Shown: in pieces, positions 1 through 6,108 of the stretch
Numbering within the stretch: position 1 is the stretch's first letter
Layout: each line of letters opens with the position of its first letter
Source of the DNA: Bernardetiaceae bacterium
GTDB lineage: Bacteria > Bacteroidota > Bacteroidia > Cytophagales > Bernardetiaceae
Direction: 5' to 3'
DNA length: 10,127 bases
Assembly (NCBI GenBank): GCA_036822015.1
Contig: DAISIL010000002.1
Location: forward strand, 1,141-11,267
The notes under the pieces: generated by a model
Databases searched by the model: none
What the model was told of the DNA's origin: nothing
The model's input: only the letters and a program-made list of their open reading frames with translations
Position numbers and translations under genes: made by a program

Positions 1-355
1 CAGTTAAATCTAATTTTCCTGCTAATTTTGTCCAAATATCGTCGATATCTGCTTTCTCGGAAAATATAGCGATAAAGTGAATTGATTCACTGCCACCTAA
101 TTCAGAACGAAACTCTATAGCAGGTAATACAGTAATTTGATTTTGACCAAGTTGCTGTAATTCTTTAATTCTTTGTGTATCCATCCGATGATGGTCGGTA
201 ATTGCAATAACTTTTACATTGTTTTTTACCAATTCATCAATGATATCTTGATTGGTAACACTCTTATCCTGATAGTCATAGGAGCTTGGTGTATGAAAGT
301 GCAAATCCCACTTTGCCCATTCAGAGCCTTTTGGATATGGATTGTATCTTGCCAT
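1..355 (-). CDS. Partial CDS: the N-terminal about 118 aa of a PHP (polymerase/histidinol-phosphatase-like) domain protein. The start is at 355-353 and the gene continues past the left window edge. The N-terminus resembles that of large PHP-AAA-like ATPases.
   Basis: The reverse-complement translation from the ATG at 355-353 reads MARYNPYPKGSEWAKWDLHFHTPSSYDYQDKSVTNQDIIDELVKNNVKVIAITDHHRMDTQRIKELQQLGQNQITVLPAIEFRSELGGSESIHFIAIFSEK... with no stop before position 1. DLHFHT (PHP motif I), AITDHH (motif II) and an IEF glutamate (motif III) are visible. The six-frame track omits it only because the ORF is open at the window edge. GC is about 34% by hand count of nt 1-120, against about 55% in later genes. 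Confidence 0.6.
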   Translation of the reverse strand, partial: MARYNPYPKGSEWAKWDLHFHTPSSYDYQDKSVTNQDIIDELVKNNVKVIAITDHHRMDTQRIKELQQLGQNQITVLPAIEFRSELGGSESIHFIAIFSEKADIDDIWTKLAGKLDLT

Positions 356-466
356 AGTTTTTTTGATTTACCTCTCACTCCAAAGCAAACATACTAAAAA
401 ACTACAGCAAACCAAAAACGCCCCTGCCCTTGCACAAAACCGCTCCATATTGCTTATCTTTGGCTG
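356..466. promoter_or_regulatory. Divergent intergenic region between the PHP-domain gene (minus) and the esterase gene (plus). It presumably carries both promoters.
   Basis: A 111-nt non-coding gap between the divergent starts at 355 and 467. It is A-rich (aaaaaactacagcaaaccaaaaacg). No specific -33/-7 motif could be pinned with confidence. Confidence 0.25.
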
Positions 467-1123
467 ATGAAACACGTTTCGCTTACCATCCAAGCATCTT
501 ATACCACGTATCATGCCCTGACCCCATCCACGCGGCATATCTGGATGGCCTGTCATGGCTATGGCCAACTGGCGCGGCATTTTGTCCGTCGCTTTGATGC
601 CCTGGAGCCACAGGAAAACTTCGTGATTGCGCCCCAGGGCTTGTCCCGTTTTTATCTCGACGACAAGTACCAGCACGTGGGTGCCTCCTGGATCACGCGG
701 GAGGAGCGGGAGATGAGCCTCCAAAATATGTACACTTACCTCAACGCCGTCTTTGCGGCCGAGACCGCAGAAGCCCCTGATACAGCAGGTCTTACGCTTT
801 TTGGCTTCTCGCAGGGGGCGGCAGCCGTGATCCGTTGGGCCCTGGCGCATCAGGTGCCGTTTGAGCGGTTGTTTTTTTGGGCGGGTGGCTTCCCCGAGGA
901 GATCACACCGCAGGATGTCCGCTACCTGAACACGGACGAGATCGAAGTAAACTTCTTTGTGGGCAGCGAAGACCCATTTTATACCCCCGAGACGCTCGAG
1001 CGGCAGATGTCTCTGTTGCAACGGGTCTTTCCGCAGGTGCGCGTGATTCCTTTTGAGGGCGCGCATGAGGTCAAGCGGGAGGTATTGGTACAGGTAGCAA
1101 CGCGCCCGATGCTCTCGCGTTAG
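467..1123 (+). CDS. Alpha/beta-hydrolase fold esterase (phospholipase/carboxylesterase-like)
   Basis: 218-aa ORF with an ATG start at 467. It has a GFSQGA nucleophile elbow (GxSxG). A downstream acidic residue (VGSED) and His (EGAHEV) are consistent with a Ser-Asp-His triad ordering. The antisense ORF at 368..1066 is Arg-rich with no motifs. Confidence 0.8.
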   Translation: MKHVSLTIQASYTTYHALTPSTRHIWMACHGYGQLARHFVRRFDALEPQENFVIAPQGLSRFYLDDKYQHVGASWITREEREMSLQNMYTYLNAVFAAETAEAPDTAGLTLFGFSQGAAAVIRWALAHQVPFERLFFWAGGFPEEITPQDVRYLNTDEIEVNFFVGSEDPFYTPETLERQMSLLQRVFPQVRVIPFEGAHEVKREVLVQVATRPMLSR

Positions 1124-1668
1124 GCTTTCATTTTTTGGGCAAAGCTAAGGAGTGCCTGCGCAAAGGTTTCGATTTTAGAAAGAAAATCAGGGTTGATTAA
1201 AGCCCCCGTTTCGTCGATCTGTTGGGTGATCTGCCCACAGAGGAGCATCTGGGGTTGGGGATAGGCCTGCACGGCCAGGATGAGCTGTTGGAGTGCCAGG
1301 GCTGCCCGCATACCGCCCATCGCCCCCGTCGATGCTGTGGCAACGCCGATGGGTTTTCCGCCTAGCTCGTCCTTGCCCATACGATCAACGAATCCCTTGA
1401 GGGCAGAAGAGAAGCTACCGTTGTACTCTGGGCTGACCAAAATCACGGCATCGGCATTTTTTAGGTCTGTGCTGGCGGCGAGCAGTTCCGCTGATGGGTC
1501 TTCGAGTAACCGCAGGCGTTCTACGAAAGGAGGTAGGTCAAGGGCGGCTAAGTCGATCAGTTGTACCGATGTATCGGCTTGGTTTTTCAGATACTGCTCG
1601 AGAGCCAGTGCTAGGCGGTGGCTGTTGCGACCTGGACGGGTGCTGCCAGAGATGATGGCGATTTTCAT
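1120..1668 (-). CDS. NADPH-dependent FMN reductase (flavodoxin-like fold oxidoreductase)
   Basis: 182 aa beginning MKIAIISGSTRPGRNSHRLA, with a later SPEYNGSFSSALK motif. This is the diagnostic NADPH-dependent FMN reductase / SsuE-like signature. The ATG is at 1668-1666. Its stop overlaps the convergent esterase stop by 4 nt. Confidence 0.85.
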   Translation of the reverse strand: MKIAIISGSTRPGRNSHRLALALEQYLKNQADTSVQLIDLAALDLPPFVERLRLLEDPSAELLAASTDLKNADAVILVSPEYNGSFSSALKGFVDRMGKDELGGKPIGVATASTGAMGGMRAALALQQLILAVQAYPQPQMLLCGQITQQIDETGALINPDFLSKIETFAQALLSFAQKMKA

Positions 1669-1715
1669 TTGGAACGATAATTGTTTTTTTTGAGGGAAAA
1701 AAAATAAAAAGACCT
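1669..1715. promoter_or_regulatory. Very short (47 nt) divergent promoter region containing a T8-GAGGG-A8 palindromic A/T element
   Basis: Positions 1684-1691 are T8, 1692-1696 are gaggg, and 1697-1704 are A8, immediately upstream of the 1716 ATG. An A-rich leader is typical of Bacteroidota translation initiation, which lacks a Shine-Dalgarno sequence. Confidence 0.25.
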
Positions 1716-2258
1716 ATGAAAAAGTTGTGTGTATTTGCCATGGCCTTCTTTTGGATTTGTTTTCAAGGACTTGCCCAACAGGTGATCCCCCTGGAAGAGA
1801 ACCAATCATCCAATCAGGATGGTTTGTCGGTGGGCTTTTCGGTAACCAATGAACGCACCCAAAGCGCGGGCAAAGAAGAATTTTCACGGTACGAAATTAC
1901 GGTTTATCTGACTAACCAAAGCGGTTGCCCAAAAATTGTCTTGACCGGAACGGGCTTTCAGGGAGCTTTTGGGGGGAGTATCATGGATCCATCCGTTTTT
2001 GGGGTCTTTGATTGCATCAATGCTACGGGTCGTCGCATGACCTCCAAAAGTGCCGAAGTACGTGCCAACCAGTTTATTGTCCCCTTTGAGCGGCAAGATA
2101 CCAACGCCGAAGGAAAAACGATCACGCGCACCGAGCGTGTCCAGGCAGGTTTTATCCTCCGCGATGGCGAGACCATCTCAACGGACATCATCGTTTTGGT
2201 GCCGCTCGGAGAACGCCCGAGGATACAAGCCCGCGTAACGGCATTCTCTAACCTATAA
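1716..2258 (+). CDS. Secreted hypothetical protein (N-terminal signal peptide)
   Basis: 180 aa. The hydrophobic N-terminus MKKLCVFAMAFFWICFQGLAQQ is consistent with a signal peptide. No recognisable catalytic motif. The coding frame is clean and the GC is host-like. Confidence 0.55.
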   Translation: MKKLCVFAMAFFWICFQGLAQQVIPLEENQSSNQDGLSVGFSVTNERTQSAGKEEFSRYEITVYLTNQSGCPKIVLTGTGFQGAFGGSIMDPSVFGVFDCINATGRRMTSKSAEVRANQFIVPFERQDTNAEGKTITRTERVQAGFILRDGETISTDIIVLVPLGERPRIQARVTAFSNL

Positions 2259-2259
2259 G

Positions 2260-3072
2260 TTATTCATCTTCAATGATCTGTACGACACGTATCAGCGAGG
2301 AAGCACTAAAAATACCCAAACCGCCATTGCTGATGTTGGTGCGTGGATTGACGGGTGGCGGCGAAAACAAACCACCGTCGTTGCCCGCCAGGCTCAACAG
2401 ATCGCTATAATAATCGAAGACATCTTCATTGATCGAGTACTGCTCCAAAGCCACCGTATCGCCCAGATCGAAGGCGTAGGGAAGTTCTAGGTTTTCGATG
2501 TTGTCCTGGACAAAGCGATCATCGGCGAGCAAAATATCATCGAAGCCATCAAATAGGCTGTCATTGAGATAGACCCTCCAGCGATAGAAGTTCTTTTCGT
2601 TGGGGGGTTCTTTGGCAAAAAAGTACAGGTAATACCCGTCGTCTCGGAACGGCCGGCCGGCTACATAGCGCACCGTCAGGGAGTCGATTTGGGTAACGGG
2701 TAGGAGTTGGGAGCTAGCCCTAAAAAATTCTTCCTGGACTTGTACCGAAAGGCTATACGTGCGCCCGACCTCTCCCTTGAAGGCGGGGTCTGTGGGGACG
2801 TAAAAGCCCGGGCTGTCCTCCCGAAAGATCATTTCGTTGCCCGTATCGTCGCTTATACTCACCTGGGCCCCCGAGATGCGGGGGGCTTGCGTAGGGTTGT
2901 AGAAATCAAGAGATTGGGTAAGGATGACCCAGGAATAGCCCACCGTATCCACGACCTGCCCTTGTATGACAACGAGCGGTTCCTCCATGCTGCGGAGGGG
3001 TAAGTCGATCACTTGTTCGCAAGCGGTGAGCAGGGTACCGATCATCAAAATCCATACAAAATAAATGCGCAT
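2260..3072 (-). CDS. Lipoprotein, DUF4249-like
   Basis: 270 aa. The lipobox LLTAC follows a hydrophobic leader (MRIYFVWILMIGTLLTAC). The C-terminal NGGLGIFSASS resembles the conserved C-terminal GLG(I/V)FGA motif that I associate with DUF4249 lipoproteins. The domain assignment comes from memory of the family, not from a search. Confidence 0.55.
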   Translation of the reverse strand: MRIYFVWILMIGTLLTACEQVIDLPLRSMEEPLVVIQGQVVDTVGYSWVILTQSLDFYNPTQAPRISGAQVSISDDTGNEMIFREDSPGFYVPTDPAFKGEVGRTYSLSVQVQEEFFRASSQLLPVTQIDSLTVRYVAGRPFRDDGYYLYFFAKEPPNEKNFYRWRVYLNDSLFDGFDDILLADDRFVQDNIENLELPYAFDLGDTVALEQYSINEDVFDYYSDLLSLAGNDGGLFSPPPVNPRTNISNGGLGIFSASSLIRVVQIIEDE

Positions 3073-3179
3073 CTGTTTTCTTGTTTTGATTACTCTTCTT
3101 ACAAAGAGGCTTTGTAGAGCAAAAAGTTGCTTGATGGTTCGTATTTTTTTTTTCGCTATCTTGCCTCAAATTATCATGT
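3073..3179. promoter_or_regulatory. Divergent promoter region between the lipoprotein gene and the SIR2-like gene
   Basis: 107-nt non-coding gap. It has a short imperfect hairpin (acaaag-agg-ctttgt near 3100-3114) and a T10 run at 3144-3153. No confident promoter hexamers. Confidence 0.25.
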
Positions 3180-4286
3180 ATGCCCGTTAAGCCACCCGAT
3201 CAAGTAAACTGGGATTTTATTGTAGAAACGATCCGTACCGAGCGTTGTGTGTTGATGCTAGGCCCTGAGGTGGCGCGTAATGCCGAGGGCTTATCGCTTT
3301 ATCAGTCGCTCCTGGAAAGCCTCGACCTAAGCAACCAGGCAAAGGTACGTTATTACAACGACGATGAGTTTTTTTTCTTTCGCGACCCTTTGGCCAAAAC
3401 GAGGGCCGTTTTTGATATTCAGCAGTTTTATGCTCGGCATAGTCCCTCGCCGCTTTTTGAGCAAATTCTCCAAATTCCTTTCCATCTGTGTATCTCTGTT
3501 TCGCCGGACTTGATGCTGCGTCAGTCTTTTGAGCAGTACAACTTGCCCCATCGCTTCGACTACTACCGCAAGTACGAGAACCCCCAAGCGATCGAACGTC
3601 CTACGCAAGATTATCCCCTGATCTACAATCTCTTTGGTGCTATTGAGGATGATGAATCGCTGATCTTTACCCACGAAGACCTCTTCGAGTTTTTGTTCGC
3701 CATCCTGGGGGATCGGAAGCTACCACGCGGGCTGGAGAGCCAACTCCAAAGTGCCAAAAACTTTATTTTTTTGGGCTTTAAGTTCGATAAATGGTACGTT
3801 AAGTTGCTCTTGCGTTTGTTGAGTTTGCATACGGGAAACTTCTTGCGCTACGCTTCTTATAGCCAGGATTCGGTCGAGACGCTCAACTTTTGTATGGATC
3901 ACTTTCGGATTGATTTCATTGACCTAAGCATGGATGATTTTGTTCAGACCCTCTACGACCGCTGTCAGGAACGCGGGATGCTCCGCCCACTCTCGACGAG
4001 CGATACCGTACAAACGCCCTGGGAAATCATCCAGGGATACATCCGAAAAGACGAAGTGAAGGCGGCTTTGCTCAAAATCGAAAGCTACCTAGCTCCCCTG
4101 CCCCAGGAGGAGGAACTCCTCACGACGCTCACCCTGCTGATGAGCCGCTACAACCGCCTCCAGCGAAAGATCACCAATGGGGTCATCGACGAGGACGAAT
4201 CCGAACGCCAACTCAACCGCATCAAACAAGATGTCCTTAGCCTCGGGGAAGCCCTCCAGGAAATACTTGAAGAACAGCAGCTATAG
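3180..4286 (+). CDS. Divergent, probably catalytically inactive SIR2-like (ThsA-type SIR2_2 fold) domain protein with a C-terminal helical module that resembles an effector-associated coupling domain
   Basis: 368 aa with an ATG at 3180. Four blocks align with ThsA-type SIR2_2 landmarks. CVLMLGPEVARNAEGLSLYQSLL aligns with IFAGAGLSMS...WAKLL. FHLCISVSPDLMLRQSFE aligns with HTYWTTNYDRLIEKALE. LIYNLFGAIEDDESLIFTHEDLFEF aligns with VVYKMHGDVEHPSEAVLIKDDYEKY. KNFIFLGFKFDKWYVKLLLRLL aligns with KTFLFVGFSFTDPNLDYILSRV. The catalytic Asn and His positions read P and F. Residues about 280-368 (IQGYIRKDEVKAALLKIESYL...LLMSRYNRLQRKITNGVIDEDESERQLNRIKQDVLSLGEALQEIL) form a helical module. Confidence 0.7.
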   Translation: MPVKPPDQVNWDFIVETIRTERCVLMLGPEVARNAEGLSLYQSLLESLDLSNQAKVRYYNDDEFFFFRDPLAKTRAVFDIQQFYARHSPSPLFEQILQIPFHLCISVSPDLMLRQSFEQYNLPHRFDYYRKYENPQAIERPTQDYPLIYNLFGAIEDDESLIFTHEDLFEFLFAILGDRKLPRGLESQLQSAKNFIFLGFKFDKWYVKLLLRLLSLHTGNFLRYASYSQDSVETLNFCMDHFRIDFIDLSMDDFVQTLYDRCQERGMLRPLSTSDTVQTPWEIIQGYIRKDEVKAALLKIESYLAPLPQEEELLTTLTLLMSRYNRLQRKITNGVIDEDESERQLNRIKQDVLSLGEALQEILEEQQL

Positions 4287-4291
4287 CCACC

Positions 4292-4666
4292 ATGGAAAGC
4301 ACCTTGCATTTGGCAGATAACCTGCGTTGGCTGCGCCAGGAACACGACCTAACCCAGGATCAGCTGGCCCAGATACTCGACCTCAAGCGCAACACCATCA
4401 CGGCTTATGAGAGCCAAAGAAGCCTACCGCCCCTGCCCATCTTGATTCGTTTGGCGGGATACTTTCAGGTGAGCATCGACCATCTCTTATTCTGGGACTA
4501 CAAAGCCGATGCCCCCATAGATGATACACCTGCCGCTTCCGAACGCGAAACCTTGCGCCAGCACTACGAAGCCTTACAGATCGCGTACCTACGTCAGGAG
4601 ATTCACTGCCGCCAGGAGATCATACGCCTCAAAGAAGAACTCCAACAACTCAAGGGCGATCTTTGA
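4292..4666 (+). CDS. XRE-family helix-turn-helix transcriptional regulator with C-terminal coiled-coil
   Basis: 124 aa. LRWLRQEHDLTQDQLAQILDLKRNTITAYESQRSLPPLPILIRLAGYFQVSIDHLLF is a canonical HTH_3 (Cro/C1-type) domain. The C-terminal about 50 aa (ERETLRQHYEALQIAYLRQEIHCRQEIIRLKEELQQLKGDL) is heptad-like. The start lies 5 nt after the stop of the 3180..4286 gene, which implies co-transcription. Confidence 0.8.
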   Translation: MESTLHLADNLRWLRQEHDLTQDQLAQILDLKRNTITAYESQRSLPPLPILIRLAGYFQVSIDHLLFWDYKADAPIDDTPAASERETLRQHYEALQIAYLRQEIHCRQEIIRLKEELQQLKGDL

Positions 4667-4862
4667 GCGGGCAGGTATTGACCCCAATCAGGGTGTATAG
4701 CCCACAAAAGCGAACCGTCGCCGTGGCGGCCAGGGCAATGCCCCCAACCAAGACAACCCAGCCTAGGGTTCCGGCAACGACTCCACTGGCGTACAAGACC
4801 ACCAAGATAAGGGCTACGGCGTAGCGGATCAGTCGGTCTATTTTTCCTACGTTTGTTTGCAT
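4650..4862 (-). CDS. DUF2892 / YgaP-like small inner-membrane protein
   Basis: 70 aa. The N-terminal NVGKIDRLIRYAVAL matches the DUF2892 GxxDRxxR signature. It has two TM helices and a C-terminal Cys-Pro (NTCPL). Its 3' end overlaps the convergent HTH gene by 17 nt. Confidence 0.75.
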   Translation of the reverse strand: MQTNVGKIDRLIRYAVALILVVLYASGVVAGTLGWVVLVGGIALAATATVRFCGLYTLIGVNTCPLKDRP

Positions 4863-4897
4863 GGCATGATTGTTTCAGAAATGGTTTAAGCGAAAGT

Positions 4898-4947
4898 ACA
4901 AAAAAAATATGACTTACCCCAAAGACAGTCTGTAGGCCGCTTTGGCG
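4898..4947 (-). terminator. Weak candidate intrinsic terminator downstream of the site-2 protease gene
   Basis: On the minus strand, a ccaaag/ctttgg 6-bp stem (4919-4924 pairing with 4940-4945; alternatively ccgc/gcgg at 4937-4947) is followed about 11 nt later by a T8 run (plus-strand A8 at 4900-4907). The stem-to-T-tract spacing is longer than canonical. Confidence 0.2.
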
Positions 4948-4953
4948 GTTTGG

Positions 4954-6108
4954 TTATTCCACCATGAGCAGCGGCTGGGGCGTAAAGCAAAGCACAAAGA
5001 CTACCAGAGCCAGCACACCCAACGCCTTCCTGATCGGGCTAAGCGGAACAGACTCCTCTGCCCCCGGATGAGAGATACCCACCACACGCCCCAGCAAAAA
5101 ACCAAACAACAGCCAGGCATGGTAGCCCTCAATGCCTGGAAACAAAGCCGCAATACCCCATTGGCACAAAACCAGCACCAGAGCCACCACCAAAGCCGCC
5201 TGCCAGTGCCGAAACTCACGCGCCCATACCCAGTACAGATAGCCCACATACAAGATAAAGCCCGTCGGAGATTCCCATACATCGGATACCGAAAACAGCC
5301 CCAATCCCGCATAGCCCAAAAAGACAAAGAAAAACAGCCGTGCAATGCGCTGATGCCAGCGGTAGCCCACCAGCCCATAGAGGACGTGTCCGCCGTCGAG
5401 TTGGCCGATGGGCAGTAGGTTGAGGGCCGTAAAAAACAAAGCCAGATAACCGGCCAGCAAATACGGGTAGTGCATGATCTCGAAATCATTGGGGAGCAAT
5501 GCCGGATCTGCGACCCAATATTTGAACGCCTCAAAAAGCAGATTTGTGCCCAGCCGAACGCCACCCTCGGGGGCATCCTGATACACGTGATCGGCATAAG
5601 CCAGACCATACTGGGCATACTCGGGATGAATCTCGAAGATATGCTCGGCGGGCGGCAAAAAAGTAAATCCGTACCACAACACACCCAATGCTACCACAAA
5701 GCCCGCTAGTGGCCCCGCAATCCCGACATCAAAATACACCTTCCGAGACCATATCCGGCTCCTGATACGGATAAACGCGCCCATTGTCCCGATGGAAGGC
5801 GCACCCGCAAAAAGTGGTAAAAAGCCCAACCAAAGCGGAATGTAGTACGGCAAGCTGACCCGCAGCCGGTGGTATTGCGCCACAAAGTAATGCCCAAACT
5901 CATGTACGGTCAGGATGCCCAAAAAAGGGATCGAGTAATGTAGCCCATCCCAAAAGTGCGCCCACGTCAGGGCAGGTGAAACCCAAAAAAAAGGCCGCCC
6001 CCATATCCACTCTGCCCCCGCAAATGTCGTAGCAATGAAGGTCAGGAGGAAGAGCAGGGGATGCAAAAGCAAGCGAAGCAAGGGGCGCATAGGGGGCGAT
6101 GTTTTCAC
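4954..6108 (-). CDS. Site-2 protease family (M50) intramembrane zinc metalloprotease
   Basis: The HEFGH (HExxH) motif sits in a TM helix, with NLLPIGQLDGGHV (the LDG motif) downstream and multiple TM segments. A GTG at 6108-6106 overlaps the upstream methyltransferase stop as GTGA, an arrangement typical of translational coupling. An in-frame ATG at 6090-6088 (MRPLLRLLL...) is the alternative start. Confidence 0.85.
   Translation of the reverse strand: MKTSPPMRPLLRLLLHPLLFLLTFIATTFAGAEWIWGRPFFWVSPALTWAHFWDGLHYSIPFLGILTVHEFGHYFVAQYHRLRVSLPYYIPLWLGFLPLFAGAPSIGTMGAFIRIRSRIWSRKVYFDVGIAGPLAGFVVALGVLWYGFTFLPPAEHIFEIHPEYAQYGLAYADHVYQDAPEGGVRLGTNLLFEAFKYWVADPALLPNDFEIMHYPYLLAGYLALFFTALNLLPIGQLDGGHVLYGLVGYRWHQRIARLFFFVFLGYAGLGLFSVSDVWESPTGFILYVGYLYWVWAREFRHWQAALVVALVLVLCQWGIAALFPGIEGYHAWLLFGFLLGRVVGISHPGAEESVPLSPIRKALGVLALVVFVLCFTPQPLLMVE

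Noticed and set aside
173-397. 74-aa plus-strand ORF at the left end
   Set aside because: It lies antisense to the minus-strand reading frame, which yields clean PHP-domain motifs (DLHFHT, ITDHH) from an ATG at 355. The plus-strand product is low-complexity and hydrophobic with no motifs.
368-1066. 232-aa minus-strand ORF covering the esterase gene
   Set aside because: It is an Arg/Leu/Gly-rich shadow ORF of a GC-rich gene. The plus-strand frame has the GxSxG esterase nucleophile elbow and a sensible ATG.
1280-1741. 137-aa plus ORF and 67-aa minus ORF overlapping the FMN reductase gene and its upstream region
   Set aside because: These are antisense or out-of-frame products rich in Ser/Arg/Pro. 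The minus-strand 182-aa frame carries the diagnostic FMN-reductase motifs.
1884-2238. Three small ORFs (70, 77, 62 aa) inside the 1716-2258 gene
   Set aside because: They are alternative frames of a longer coherent ORF that has a signal peptide. They show no independent start context or motifs.
2707-3169. 98-aa plus ORF and 87-aa minus ORF overlapping the lipoprotein gene and its upstream gap
   Set aside because: The longer minus-strand frame encodes a lipobox-bearing lipoprotein. These smaller ORFs are Arg/His-rich shadows.
3327-3902. 115-aa and 60-aa minus-strand ORFs inside the SIR2-like gene
   Set aside because: They are antisense to a 368-aa frame whose block-by-block conservation matches the SIR2_2 architecture.
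4942-5709. 158-aa plus ORF, 227-aa minus ORF and 79-aa plus ORF within the site-2 protease gene
   Set aside because: They are out-of-frame or antisense and Cys/Trp/Arg/Gln-rich with low complexity. The 384-aa minus frame contains the HExxH and LDG motifs in TM helices.
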